The notes beneath the pieces were generated by a model, which saw only the letters and a list, made by a program, of their open reading frames with translations, was not told where the DNA came from and ran no database searches. From an uncultured Planctomycetaceae bacterium (GTDB lineage: Bacteria; Planctomycetota; Planctomycetia; Planctomycetales; Planctomycetaceae): a DNA stretch of 64,000 nucleotides. The stretch is from contig CAWFAK010000005.1 of assembly GCA_963813715.1 (NCBI GenBank), forward strand, positions 576,001 to 640,000, written 5' to 3'. A program made the translations under genes and the position numbers. Below, piece after piece: positions 11,201 to 21,916 of this stretch (within the stretch, counting starts at the first letter, position 1; every line of letters begins with the position of its first letter).

Positions 11201-14200
11201 GCGACAGCAACGTTCCCACGATGCGAGCGGCCAACCTCGGCTTCCGGGTCGTCCGGGCCACCCGCGAAATCGCGCCCGTGGAAACCGCTTCCGCCGGGGA
11301 CGTCTTCCTGCCCTTGTTCAACGGACGCGATCTGACCGGCTGGAAGTTCCATCCCAGCCAGCCGGGCAATTGGCGCGTGGAAAACGGCATTCTGATCGGC
11401 TCCGGGACCCAAGAGGGCCAACCCTACGTCTCGGAGAGGAGTCATCTTTATACCGATCGCGGCGACTTCAAGAACTTCCATCTCCGCGTGGAGGCCCGGA
11501 TCAACAACGGCGGCAACAGCGGTCTCTACTTCCGTTCGGGATTTGGACCCACAAGGCCGAGCGACCACCCGAAATTTCCCTCTGGGTACGAGGCCCAGAT
11601 CGACAGCACGGTTGATCCGGCTCGCACCGGCAGCCTCTACGCGGGAGGCAATGTGGTCGTGGGCGTCAGCGATACCCTCGTCCCGCCCGGACAGTGGTTT
11701 ACCGAGGAAGTGATTGCCCAGGGGAATCGGTTCGTCGTTAAGGTGAACGGCCAAACAACCGCCGTGTATCGCGACGAGAAGGAGATTTCCGCCAGCGGAC
11801 ACATTGCCTTGCAGCAAAACAACCCGAAGACGATCGCCGAGTTCCGCAAAATCGAGATCAAGGAGTTGACGGCAGACGGTCTGGCAGAGGCCCCGACAAT
11901 TTCCCCGGACGGCTACGTCTCGCTCTTCAACGGCAAGAACCTGAGCGGCTGGACGAGGGATCCGAGTCACCCCGGCGATTGGCACGTCGAGAACGGCATT
12001 CTCACTGGGGGGCCGGCCGGCGAGGCCAGTTTTCTCCATTCCGACCGTGACAACTACAAGAACTTTCGTCTCCGCGTCGAGGCACGACTCAAGGGGAAGG
12101 AGTCCAGCGAACTCTGGGTTCGCGCTCAGAGTCCTCCGATCGCCGCCCCTGACAAAGTTCCTATGACTGGATACGAGGTCCATCTGGAGGAACCGGCTGA
12201 AACCCGCAAGGTGAGAACGGGGAGTATCTGGGCGGTGACACAAAAGTCAGACGGGGAAAGGAGCGTCAATGGCTTCGGTCGGATGGATCCGATGGTGCAG
12301 CCCGCACGCTGGTTCACGCTTGAAGTGGTTGCCGAGGGAAAGCGCGTGTACGTCCTCGTCAACGGCGAATTGGCCTCCGACACGAACTGGTTAAAGAGGG
12401 ATCAATACGAGAGCGGACGTATTGCGATTCAGCAGGACGTCGGCAAGCCGTCGGTCGAGTTCCGCAAGATCGAGATCAAGGAACTCGCCGACTCGACCAC
12501 TGCGCCTGCCATCTCTCCCAAGGCGGCGGATCATCCTATGGACAAGGATGCGCTCGTCGCCCCGTTCGACGAATCTCAAGCACACGCCGCACAGCAGAAG
12601 TGGTCCGATCGGCTGAAGACTCCGGTCGAGCTGATCAACAAGGCGAATATGCGGATGCGTCTGATCCCGCCCGGGCAATTCGAGATGGGTTCGATCAATG
12701 GCCCAGAATCCACTCAGCCTCGCCACGCGGTGCGGATCACGCGTCCCTTCTACCTGGGAACCTACGAGGTGACGCGGGCACAATTCGCCGCGTTCGTGTC
12801 GGCCACCCACTCCACGGGACACTCCGACTCGTGGAAAACAGGTTGGCGGTTGGACGACGCCGCCAAGCCCATCAAATGGGAGCCACGACGTCGATTCACC
12901 TGGCAGTCGCCCGGCTTCACGCAGGACGGCAGTCATCCGGTGGTCGACGTCTCTTGGGACGACGTGCAGGAATTCTGCACGTGGCTCTCGCGGACCGAGG
13001 GAAAAACCTATCGTCTCCCGACCGAGGCGGAATGGGAGTACGCCTGCCGCGCCGGCACGACCACCGCCTGGTACAACGGCGACACCCTGGCCGACGTCGT
13101 TCAGATCGGCAATTCCGCCGACAAGTCGGCCAAGGCCAAGTTCTCCGTTTGGCGAACCACGAGCGCCTCCGACGGCTTTGTCTATACGAGCCCGGTCGGC
13201 CAGTTCCGGCCCAACAATTTCGGGCTCTATGACACCATCGGCAACGTCCTGGAATGGTGCTCCGACTTCTTTGATTCCAGGTACTACCAAAACTCGCCCG
13301 ACGCCGACCCCACGGGGCCGCGCGGCGGCAAGCGCCACGTCGCTCGCGGGGGAGCGTTCACCTCGATCGGTGAAGCTGCGAGTCGCATAGATTTGGCTAC
13401 CAATCATCGCGCCCCCGACGTCGGCTTTCGCGTGGTCTGCGAGATTGCGGCGGTTCCACCGATCGTTGACTCGGCGCCGACTGCTGCGCCTCCCGCAGCC
13501 GGTCGCGACCGTCAAGCGTGGGTTGGCGCAGAGAGCCGCTTTGACGAGGTCGCTGCCGGCAAATGGCGAGAGACATTTCCGAAGCAGCCGGGGCACGCGA
13601 TCTATTTCTTCGATCAAGTCGCGGAGACACCGGAGTACACCGAGCTGATCGACAAAACCCGGATCAAATCAAAAGGCGGGGTGAGCGTCCGACTCGGCGA
13701 CAATCAGGCCCTCATGCGCTGGGGCGGACCCAGCCAGGAATTCAAGCCGTTGCAGCCGGGACAATGGGTGACAACGGCCGAACACTCGCCGACGGCCGCC
13801 GCGTCACAGACTGTTGACCGGTCCTTCTTTAATGGTCGGGATCTCGACGGCTGGCACGGACTGCCCGGATTCTGGCACGTCAACGATCACGCGCTTGTCG
13901 GCACCGTTCCCGTCGGGCAAAAGGCCCACACTTTTTTGTGCAGCAAGCGAGAATACAAAGACTTCGAGCTGAAGTTCCGCGCTCGACTGCTGGGCGGAGT
14001 CGGCAACAGCGGCGTGCAGTTCCGCTCAACGTTTCGGGACCCGAAGACATTTTGGCTGGTTGGCCCGCAGTGCGAGATTTGTGCCCAGGACCGAAATCGC
14101 AAATATCCGACCGGAAGTCTCGTGACCGAGCCCACAGGTGAACCCTCAGTGGCTCCGGCTGCCGCGGACGTCGACCGTATTTTCAAGCTGGCCGACTTCA

Positions 14201-14406
14201 ACGATTTCGAGATCCGCTGCGTCGGCAAACATGTGCGAATCAAGGTCAATGGCCTGACGACAGTTGACGCCGACTTCCCGTCGATGCCGGACGAGGGGCT
14301 GATCGGTTGGCAGATGCATGGGAAAGACCCACCACGCGAGGTGACGTTTAAAGACATTGAGTTCACGGATTTGAGCCCGCGGCCCGCACGGTCGGGCGGC
14401 CTCTAA
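8247..14406 (+). CDS. Giant (~2050 aa) membrane Ser/Thr kinase: N-terminal helical domain, kinase, TM, FGE-sulfatase x2, DUF1080 x3; frameshift at ~8610
   Basis: ORF 8247..8741 joins 8629..14406. Kinase motifs GQGAMGTVYLA, VALK, HRDLKPAN, DFGLA, GTPAYMSPEQ; TM at ~9930-9995. FGE motifs RLPTEAEWEYACRAG and N.FGL.D..GN..EWC occur twice; DUF1080 motifs LFNG.DL.GW and EFRKIEIKEL/FKDIEF occur three times. Confidence 0.92.
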
Positions 14407-14553
14407 ACGGCCCCAAATCGCCCCTCGGATTCTTCGCGATCTGCCAAGAATTCGGAAAAAGGTCGCGCCGGCGTCTAGAAACCGGGCTTAGTCTTCTGGA
14501 CTCGCCGGAAACGAAGTCGTCGGAGCCGATCCCGCTCGGGTAAGTGAAGCGCT

Positions 14554-15875
14554 ATGAACTACTTTGCCAACATCATCAGCGGCCCCAACGCGGGCCAGCG
14601 GCGCGAGCTGACAAATCACGCCATTCTCGTCATTGGGCGCGGAGACGACTGCGACCTGCGGCTCTCCGACCCGAGCGTCTCGCGGATTCACGCGCGGATC
14701 ACGCTCGTCGACGGGCACGTCTACCTCGAAGACGCGGGCAGCCGCTGGGGCACGCTCGTCAACAACAAGCCGACCGAGAGCCGCGAGCTGTTTCCCGGCG
14801 ACTGCGTGGCCATCGGCGACACGCAGCTCCGCCTGGAGCTCGAGTCGCCGCTGGTGACAACGATCTCTCCCATCCACAAGCGTATCCTGCGGACGCTCTC
14901 CGGTCGTGCGCGAGGCCGCCGCAACGGCGCCAAAAAGGCCCCATCGCCCGAGCGCGACGACGATCCCGAGTCCACCCTCAACCAGCCCCGCCGAGTGGTG
15001 GCGAGAAAACCGCTCGATGTCGCTTCGCTGGTCGGCAAGAAGTTTCTCCGCTATCGGGTCGAGTCGATCATTGCGCGGCCGCGGAGCGGCATCATCTTTC
15101 ACGCCCGCGATCCGAAGTACGATCGGCCCATCGCCCTCAAGATCTTTCGACACGACTTCTTCCACGACCGCCAGGGATCCGCGCGGTTCCTGCGGGCCAT
15201 GCGGACCACCATCGCGCTTGAGCACGAAAACCTGGTCCGCGTCTACGGGGCCGGACGGACGCAGGGCCTGTGCTTCATCGCCAGCGAATTCGTCGACGGC
15301 GAGAGTGTTTCGCAAATGATCCGCCGCATCGGCGTGGCCGGCATGCTCGATTGGCGCAATGCCCTGCACGTCGCCCAGGGAGTGGCCGAGGCGCTGGAAG
15401 TCGCCCACGAGCTCAACATCTTGCATCGCAATATCAGCCCCAGCAACATCCTCGTCCGCAAGAGCGACCGCTGCGTCAAGCTGGGCGACTTGATGCTGGC
15501 CAAGGCACTCGACGACTCGGGCAACGAGAAGATCACCCGCTCGGGCGAAGTCATCGGCGACCTGCGTTACCTCAGTCCCGAGCAGCTCTCCGGCGAGCAG
15601 CCGCTGGACCCGCGGGCCGACATCTACAGCCTGGGCGCCGCGCTCTACGCCATCCTCACGGGCCGGCCGCCCTTCGAGGGAGGCACCGCGGCCGAAGTCA
15701 TCCGCCGCATCGTGACTGGTTCTCCCGAGCCACCGACGAAGGTCCACTTGGCCGTGCCGTCGCAGCTCGAAGGCCTCGTTCTTCGGATGCTCGCCAAGCG
15801 TCCGGAAGACCGCCCCGAAAGCGCCCGCGCCTGCGCCAGGAACTGGAACGCATCTCCCGCTACTGTGGCTTGTGA
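14554..15875 (+). CDS. FHA-domain Ser/Thr kinase-like protein (probable pseudokinase); frameshift near the C-terminus
   Basis: FHA motifs IGRGDDCDLRLSDPSVSRIHA and DAGSRWGTLVN. Kinase fold with IALK, HRNISPSN, KLGDLMLAK, YLSPEQ, DIYSLG. Likely true end ELERISRYCGL-stop at 15875. Confidence 0.85.
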
Positions 15876-16100
15876 TGCTTCTGTGGCCTGCCGTCTTCTG
15901 CCGCTCGCTGCCCTTTTCTCTCGAGGCGGACGAAGCGCCGAGGTGACGGTGGCTCGCTGGGCCGACCGCCCCGGGGAGTTCAAATCGTCTCTCCGACCTG
16001 TTACCGTGCGAGGGTCGACGCGCTTCGACCCGCGTTCGTGTCGATTCAGGTTCGTCAGTCGTCGGCCACGCTGAGCTCCGGGAAAGGTCGCGCCGCAATC

Positions 16101-17900
16101 GTGCTGAAGCGTCTCCGCGCGGAAAGAGTGGAAGTTCTTCGCCGTGCTCCCGCGGGCGAACCGGCCGCTGGCCGCCGTCTGGTGGCTGATCGTCGTGCTG
16201 CGGGGCGTGCTGCCGGCTGTCTTTGCCATCGCGATGGGCATGCTCGTGGCGGCCGTCGAGCACGGCAATTCCTCTGGCGGCCGCGCTGACCTTCGTCGGC
16301 GCGATCTTCATTTTGCTGCAGGTTCTCACGCCCATTCATCAGGCTGTCGGCGCCAACCTGGGCGATCGCACGGCGGCCTGGCTCTACGATCGGCTGACCG
16401 ACGCCTGCGTCCGGCCGCCCGGCATGGGCCACCTGGAAGATCCCGAATTGACCAGCGACCTGACCGTCGCCCGCGACTTCGATCTGGGGATGACGGGACC
16501 GCCGCTCTTCATCTCGATGGACTTCATCGCCAGTGGTCTGGTCGAAATGATCGGCGGCGTGGCGTCGGCCGTGGTGTTGGCGGCCTACGCCTGGTGGGCG
16601 CCCTGGTGCTCGCCGGAGCGTGGCTGGCAACGCACTACCTCTTGCGGGAAAGCGCCGTTCTGGCGCGACCGCAACACCACCGAAGTTCGCAGCGCCCAGC
16701 GCGACGCCGACTACGCCTATCGGCTGGCCGTCGATCCGCCTGCCAGCAAAGAGCTGCGGCTCTTCGGCCTGGCGTCGTGGACGATCGATCGCTTCGTCAA
16801 CCGCCGCACGCGGCTCTATCAGCTGCAATACCAGGCGACGCGTCTCCGCGAGCGGTCCGTGTTGTGGAGCATGCTCTTGGTGGTCGGCGCGAACGTGATC
16901 GTCTTCTGGGCGCTCGCCGCCTCGGCCGTGAACGGTCACCTCGATCTGGGTCGCCTGGTGATGTTCGCCCAAAGCGCGATCGGCGTCTCGATGATCGCCT
17001 TCGGTGGCCTCAACTGGGCTCTGGACGGGGCCGCCTCGCCGGTGGACGCCGTCCTGCGGTTGGAGCCGGCGATGGAACCGGCCGGCCACCTCCCTTCGGG
17101 CACCACGCTCGCCAATGGCCGGCCTGCCCGCGAAATCCGCTTCCGCAACCTCACTTTTGGCTATCCCGGCTCGCGCAACGTTCTGGAAGGCTTCGACCTG
17201 ACCATTCCTGCCGGCACGTCGCTGGCCATCGTCGGACAGAACGGCGCCGGCAAGACGACGCTGGCCAAGCTCCTCTGCCGCTTGTACGACCCGCTCGACG
17301 GGGCGATCGAAGTCGACGGCATCGATATCCGCACCTTCGATCTGACCTCGTGGCGATCGCGACTGACGGCCGTGTTCCAGGATTTCACGCGATTCGAGCT
17401 GCCATTGCGCGATAACGTCGCACCAGCGGGCGCTCCCGATGTGGCGATTATCTCCGCGCTCGAAGCGGCCGGCGCGGCCAATCTCGCGACGCTCGATACG
17501 ATCCTTGCCCGCGGATACGAAGGAGGAACCGAGCTGTCGGGCGGGCAATGGCAGCGTGTCGCACTGGCTCGCGCACTGTGTGCCGTGACGTTGGGAGCGG
17601 GCGTCGTGCTGCTCGATGAGCCGACGGCCCAGCTCGACGTCCGAGGGCGAAGCAGAAATCTTCGATCGCCTGTTGTCGGCCAGCCGTCATTGCACGACGA
17701 TCCTCATTTCGCATCGCTTCTCCACCGTCCGCCATGCCGATCGCATCTGCGTGCTCGAGCACGGAAAGGTTGTCGAGCTTGGAACGCACGACGAGCTGAT
17801 GGCATTGGGCGGGCGCTATCACACGATGTTCGACCTGCAGGCCCAGCGGTTCACCGCCACCGAGGACGAGGAAGGAAAAACGTATGACCTCCTCGCCTAG
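16101..17900 (+). CDS. ABC exporter half-transporter (TMD+NBD); frameshifted
   Basis: GQNGAGKTT, VFQDF, LSGGQWQRVALARA, LLDEPTAQLD, ISHRFSTVRHAD across ORFs 16144/16223/17616. Confidence 0.88.
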
Positions 17901-19776
17901 TGCCGGTCGCAAGGTCGCGCCCTTAGCGTCCCCGGTGCCCGACAAGCTGCCCCCCGCGCTGTCCTCGATGTGGCGGCTGTGCAAGCTGGGCTATCAGCAC
18001 GAGCCGCGCTTGTTGCTGGCCTCCTTCCTGCTCGCCCTCCTGTCCGCCCTGCCCGACGCGCTTCTGGCACTTTGGCTCAAGCTGCTGGGCGAAGGCCTGC
18101 TCGAGCACCGACCTGAACTCGTCTACACGGCCGCCGCGCTGCTCGGACTGTCGGCGGCGGCCACCTGGTTTCTCCGCACGGTGAGCACCCGCGTGCAGCG
18201 AGGCTTTCGCGACAAGGTCACCATCGCGCTGGAATCGCACGTCGCCCGGCTGCAGGCCACCGTGGCGACCATCGCACACCAGGAGCGGCCCGACTACCTC
18301 GACCGGCTCTCCGTGCTGCGCAACCAGGTCTTCGTGCTCGACCACATGTATATGTCGCTCTTTTCGACGTGCGGCTGGATCCTGCGATTGGCCGTCACGG
18401 TCGGCCTGTTGATGTCGATTCACCCGGCGCTGGCCCTGTTGGCTCTGTTTGCCGTGCCGACTGTTCTCACGTCGACGTGGCGGCCGGCCGTCGAACGGGC
18501 CGCCCAGGAACGCGGCGCTCCCTTCAGCCGCCTTGCGCGGCACCTCTTCAACATGGCCACGACGGCGACGCCCGGCAAAGAGGTCCGGCTGACGGGCATC
18601 GGACCGCGGTTGGCCACCGATCGTCGCCAGGCCTGGGAGCGCGGGAACGACCCGATCGCGGCCGCCCGCTGGGGAACGGCCGCGTGGCACACGGTGGCCT
18701 GGGCCATCTTTGGCGGCGCCTACGTCGGCGCGGTCGTCTTTGTGTCGACGTCCCTCAAGGGGTCGCCCGGCGACGTGCTGCTCGTGCTGGCGGCCGGCTC
18801 GCGTCTCTCCGCGTATATCGGCGCGACCGTCGGCGAGATCGGTTTCCTTCGCGGCATCTGGATGGACGGCTCGCGCCGCTTGGCCTGGCTCGAGGACTAC
18901 GCCGCTGCAATCGTCGCATCGGCCGATCTGCCCGTCCCCGCGCGACTCACGCGCGGTATTCGTTTCGAACATGTCTCGTTCGCTTACCCCGGCACCGAGC
19001 GGCTGGTGCTCGACGACGTGAATCTCGAATTGCCGGCCGGCAGAGTGATCGCCATCGTTGGCGAGAACGGGGCCGGGAAGACGACCCTCGTCAAACTGTT
19101 GGGAAAGCTGTACGAACCCAATGAGGGCCGCATCCTGGTTGACGAAGTCGATTTGTCCCGCATGCCCGCCGATCAGTGGCGCACGCGACTCGCCGGAGCG
19201 TTCCAAGACTTCTTCCGTTTCGAGTTCCTCGCCCGACAGTCAGTCGGTGTCGGCGATATCGGGCGAATCGACGACGGACCGGCCGTCACAACGGCCGTCA
19301 CCCGCGCCGGAGCCGATGCCGTCGTCGCCGGCCTGAAAGCCGGGCTGCAGACTCAGCTCGGACCGACCTGGCCTGAAGGCGTCGAAGTCTCCTTCGGCCA
19401 GTGGCAAAAACTCGCCCTTGCCCGCGGCTTCATGCGCGATAGCCCGCTCGTCCTCGTCCTCGACGAGCCGACCTCCGCCCTCGATGCCGAAAGCGAGCAC
19501 GAGCTCTTCGAGCGCTACGCCGCCGCCGCCCGTGGCGACCGAATTGCCAGTATTCAACCCGGCAGTGACGGCGCCTCGGCCAACGGCGGCCCGCTCGGCA
19601 GCAACGGCCGCATCACGATCCTCGTCTCTCACCGCTTTTCCACGGTCCGCATGGCCGACCTGATTGTCGTGCTGGACGGCGCCCGCGTCGCCGAAGTCGG
19701 CACGCACGACGAACTCATGTCCCGTGGCGGCACGTACGCCCAGCTGTACGGCATCCAGGCCGCCGCTTACCGTTGA
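17884..19776 (+). CDS. ABC exporter half-transporter (TMD+NBD), partner of the upstream gene
   Basis: Intact ORF overlapping the upstream stop; GENGAGKTT, SFGQWQKLALARG, LDEPTSALD, SHRFSTVRMAD. Confidence 0.92.
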   Translation: MTSSPSAGRKVAPLASPVPDKLPPALSSMWRLCKLGYQHEPRLLLASFLLALLSALPDALLALWLKLLGEGLLEHRPELVYTAAALLGLSAAATWFLRTVSTRVQRGFRDKVTIALESHVARLQATVATIAHQERPDYLDRLSVLRNQVFVLDHMYMSLFSTCGWILRLAVTVGLLMSIHPALALLALFAVPTVLTSTWRPAVERAAQERGAPFSRLARHLFNMATTATPGKEVRLTGIGPRLATDRRQAWERGNDPIAAARWGTAAWHTVAWAIFGGAYVGAVVFVSTSLKGSPGDVLLVLAAGSRLSAYIGATVGEIGFLRGIWMDGSRRLAWLEDYAAAIVASADLPVPARLTRGIRFEHVSFAYPGTERLVLDDVNLELPAGRVIAIVGENGAGKTTLVKLLGKLYEPNEGRILVDEVDLSRMPADQWRTRLAGAFQDFFRFEFLARQSVGVGDIGRIDDGPAVTTAVTRAGADAVVAGLKAGLQTQLGPTWPEGVEVSFGQWQKLALARGFMRDSPLVLVLDEPTSALDAESEHELFERYAAAARGDRIASIQPGSDGASANGGPLGSNGRITILVSHRFSTVRMADLIVVLDGARVAEVGTHDELMSRGGTYAQLYGIQAAAYR

Positions 19777-19817
19777 GCCGGGGACTCGCCAACTCCATCA
19801 CGCCGGAAAGGGATTTC

Positions 19818-20552
19818 ATGCACGGTTCGGTCGCCCTGATCCTGGTCACTTCGCTCGTCTGCCAAACCGCCGACCTGCCCCCCTTCCTCAAAGAGCACGG
19901 CCGAGTACTGACCTACTACTACAAGTCACCCAGTCCCGAGCTGGGACCGCAACTGCTCAAGGACCTGCTCGCCAAGGAAAACATCGAGGATCCCTGGTTC
20001 CGAGAGCACGAGCACGTCCTGCACCTGGTCAGCGCTCAATTAGGCGACATGGCGATCGGCAAACCCAGAATCATTCGCAAATACGAGGCTCAATTTGCTA
20101 ACGCATCGCGCCCCGGACGTTTCGTCATCCTCCGCGCTCTCGAAAACTGCGGCGACGCCGCGACGCTCAAGCAAATCAACGCCTGGCTGGCCGACCCCCA
20201 ATACGAAGACCTCCGCCCCCGCCTCGAAACCCTCAAGCAGCAGCTCAGCGATCCGGTCTCCAAGCACGTGCGCAATCGGCCCGCCCAGACGCCGGACGAT
20301 CTCGACTTCCTCTGGGCCAACTTCTTCATCACGGGCGACTACGCCCCCGCCTCGCGAGTGCTCGACGTGCTCGAGCTTCCCGAAACCAAAGCCAACGCCG
20401 TCTTGAAGGGAGCGGCCGCGTGGTCGATGCGCTCGAACCTGCATCAACATCCCAAGCTCGCCGAACTCGTGAAGAAACACGCCAAAGAGCGCTCGCCCGA
20501 AAGCCAAAAGCAAATCACCGAACTGCTGAAGCCCTCGGACCCCTCCGACTAG
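19818..20552 (+). CDS. Hypothetical exported alpha-helical protein
   Basis: Signal-like N-terminus MHGSVALILVTSLVCQTA; host-like codon usage; DLDFLWANFFITGD. Confidence 0.7.
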   Translation: MHGSVALILVTSLVCQTADLPPFLKEHGRVLTYYYKSPSPELGPQLLKDLLAKENIEDPWFREHEHVLHLVSAQLGDMAIGKPRIIRKYEAQFANASRPGRFVILRALENCGDAATLKQINAWLADPQYEDLRPRLETLKQQLSDPVSKHVRNRPAQTPDDLDFLWANFFITGDYAPASRVLDVLELPETKANAVLKGAAAWSMRSNLHQHPKLAELVKKHAKERSPESQKQITELLKPSDPSD

Positions 20553-21282
20553 AGGGGCAGCAGGGGCAATGCCCCTGCACCCGGTGCGGGTCGCGCGGAT
20601 TAACGTGGGACGCCGGCTGCCGCGGCATGCCTGCTGTCGCGCTGGCCGGCTCGCGAGGCGTCGATTGCGACAGCCCGCAGTCGATCCGACAACATCGCCA
20701 CGCTCTAAGTCCGTGGACGTCGCTGCACGGCGACCGCCTGATCGCAGTAATCCCGCTGGCGACGAAAGAACGTGCGCGCGCTCGATTTTCGCGCCGGGAC
20801 AACGTGCCCCCTTATATCAAAACACGGAGTCCCGTCACGCCGGGGATGAAAGTCTCGTTATCTGTGGAAGCCCCGTGCGATACCCGGTCTCCCTCCGCTC
20901 GTCTGGCTTTGCGAAGATTTCGCGAGTCAGCCTGCAGTGGTCGCATCAGATTGCCACAAGTCCGCTGGGACATGCTTTGATTCATAACCGATGCCGAGTT
21001 TGCCAGGACCCAACTCCATTCAGTCATAAAATCCCAATCCATCCAAGATCAGTTTTCTCGAGAGTGACCGCCCGTGGATAGCGGTCTTCGACCTTGGACT
21101 TTGGAGCTCAAACCCGACTTTCTCAGATGCGCTCAGCGGGATTTCGAACTGGGGACCGCTCACCACTTTGTCTTGCAAAGTGAGTTGGTCCGCCGTAAAC
21201 TGCGGTCACCTCATTTGGAAATACGTTCGCGGGCCCTGACCTCAGGACCCAATGCTTAGCCCAGTTAGAAGAGATTCATTGC

Positions 21283-21723
21283 ATGAAACCCGCCCGACCC
21301 GCCCTGTCGACGTGGCAAACGGTTCTGGTCGCTGGGCTCGTGGCTGGCGCAGTCATCACCTACGTGGACAACTTCGCGTTCGAGGGCGAGGTCAGCCCCA
21401 TTGTCATCATTGCGCTGCTGCTGTCCTCGTCGGCGCTGGCGGTGGGCGTGTGGGGGCGGAGGGGGTGGATTGCTGCGGGCATCATTTGGGCGTGCGTTCC
21501 CTTGGCTCACGTCGTGAAGCACGTTCTGGGCTTGCCTGACACCTTGCACCCGAACACCTACACTTCGATCCTGTTTCTGGCCCTGTTCACGCTCGTGGTC
21601 GCAACGATCGGTGCGGGTTGTGGGGCTCTTGTCCGCCGACTCGCCACCGGCCCGCGCTCCGGGGGAGAAGTGCCTGAGAGCCACGTGGCCGCGAAGGGCA
21701 GTTCGGGCCAGCGCTCAACGTGA
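21283..21723 (+). CDS. Hypothetical membrane protein (~4 TM)
   Basis: Four hydrophobic segments in a 146-aa ORF. Confidence 0.65.
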   Translation: MKPARPALSTWQTVLVAGLVAGAVITYVDNFAFEGEVSPIVIIALLLSSSALAVGVWGRRGWIAAGIIWACVPLAHVVKHVLGLPDTLHPNTYTSILFLALFTLVVATIGAGCGALVRRLATGPRSGGEVPESHVAAKGSSGQRST

Positions 21724-21916
21724 CTGCCGCCCGATGCGATTCAGCCCGTCGACCGCTCCACTGGCGGGCACGCAAGAAGCTCACCCTCTAACTCAATGGT
21801 GGCCCTCGATGCTTTTCAGGGGGCGAAAATCACTCGCTTCTGACCCAATTCCTGCGCTTTTGGGGCGATTGGATCTCTGTATTGTGCAGATCCATTTTTA
21901 CCCAAGGAGTGCTGGC

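Noticed and set aside
10440..13450. FGE-sulfatase (CLec-fold) domains as diversity-generating retroelement targets
   Set aside because: No reverse transcriptase and no template repeat differing only at adenines in the window; the shared blocks code for conserved motifs, not variable regions. A remote DGR cannot be excluded.
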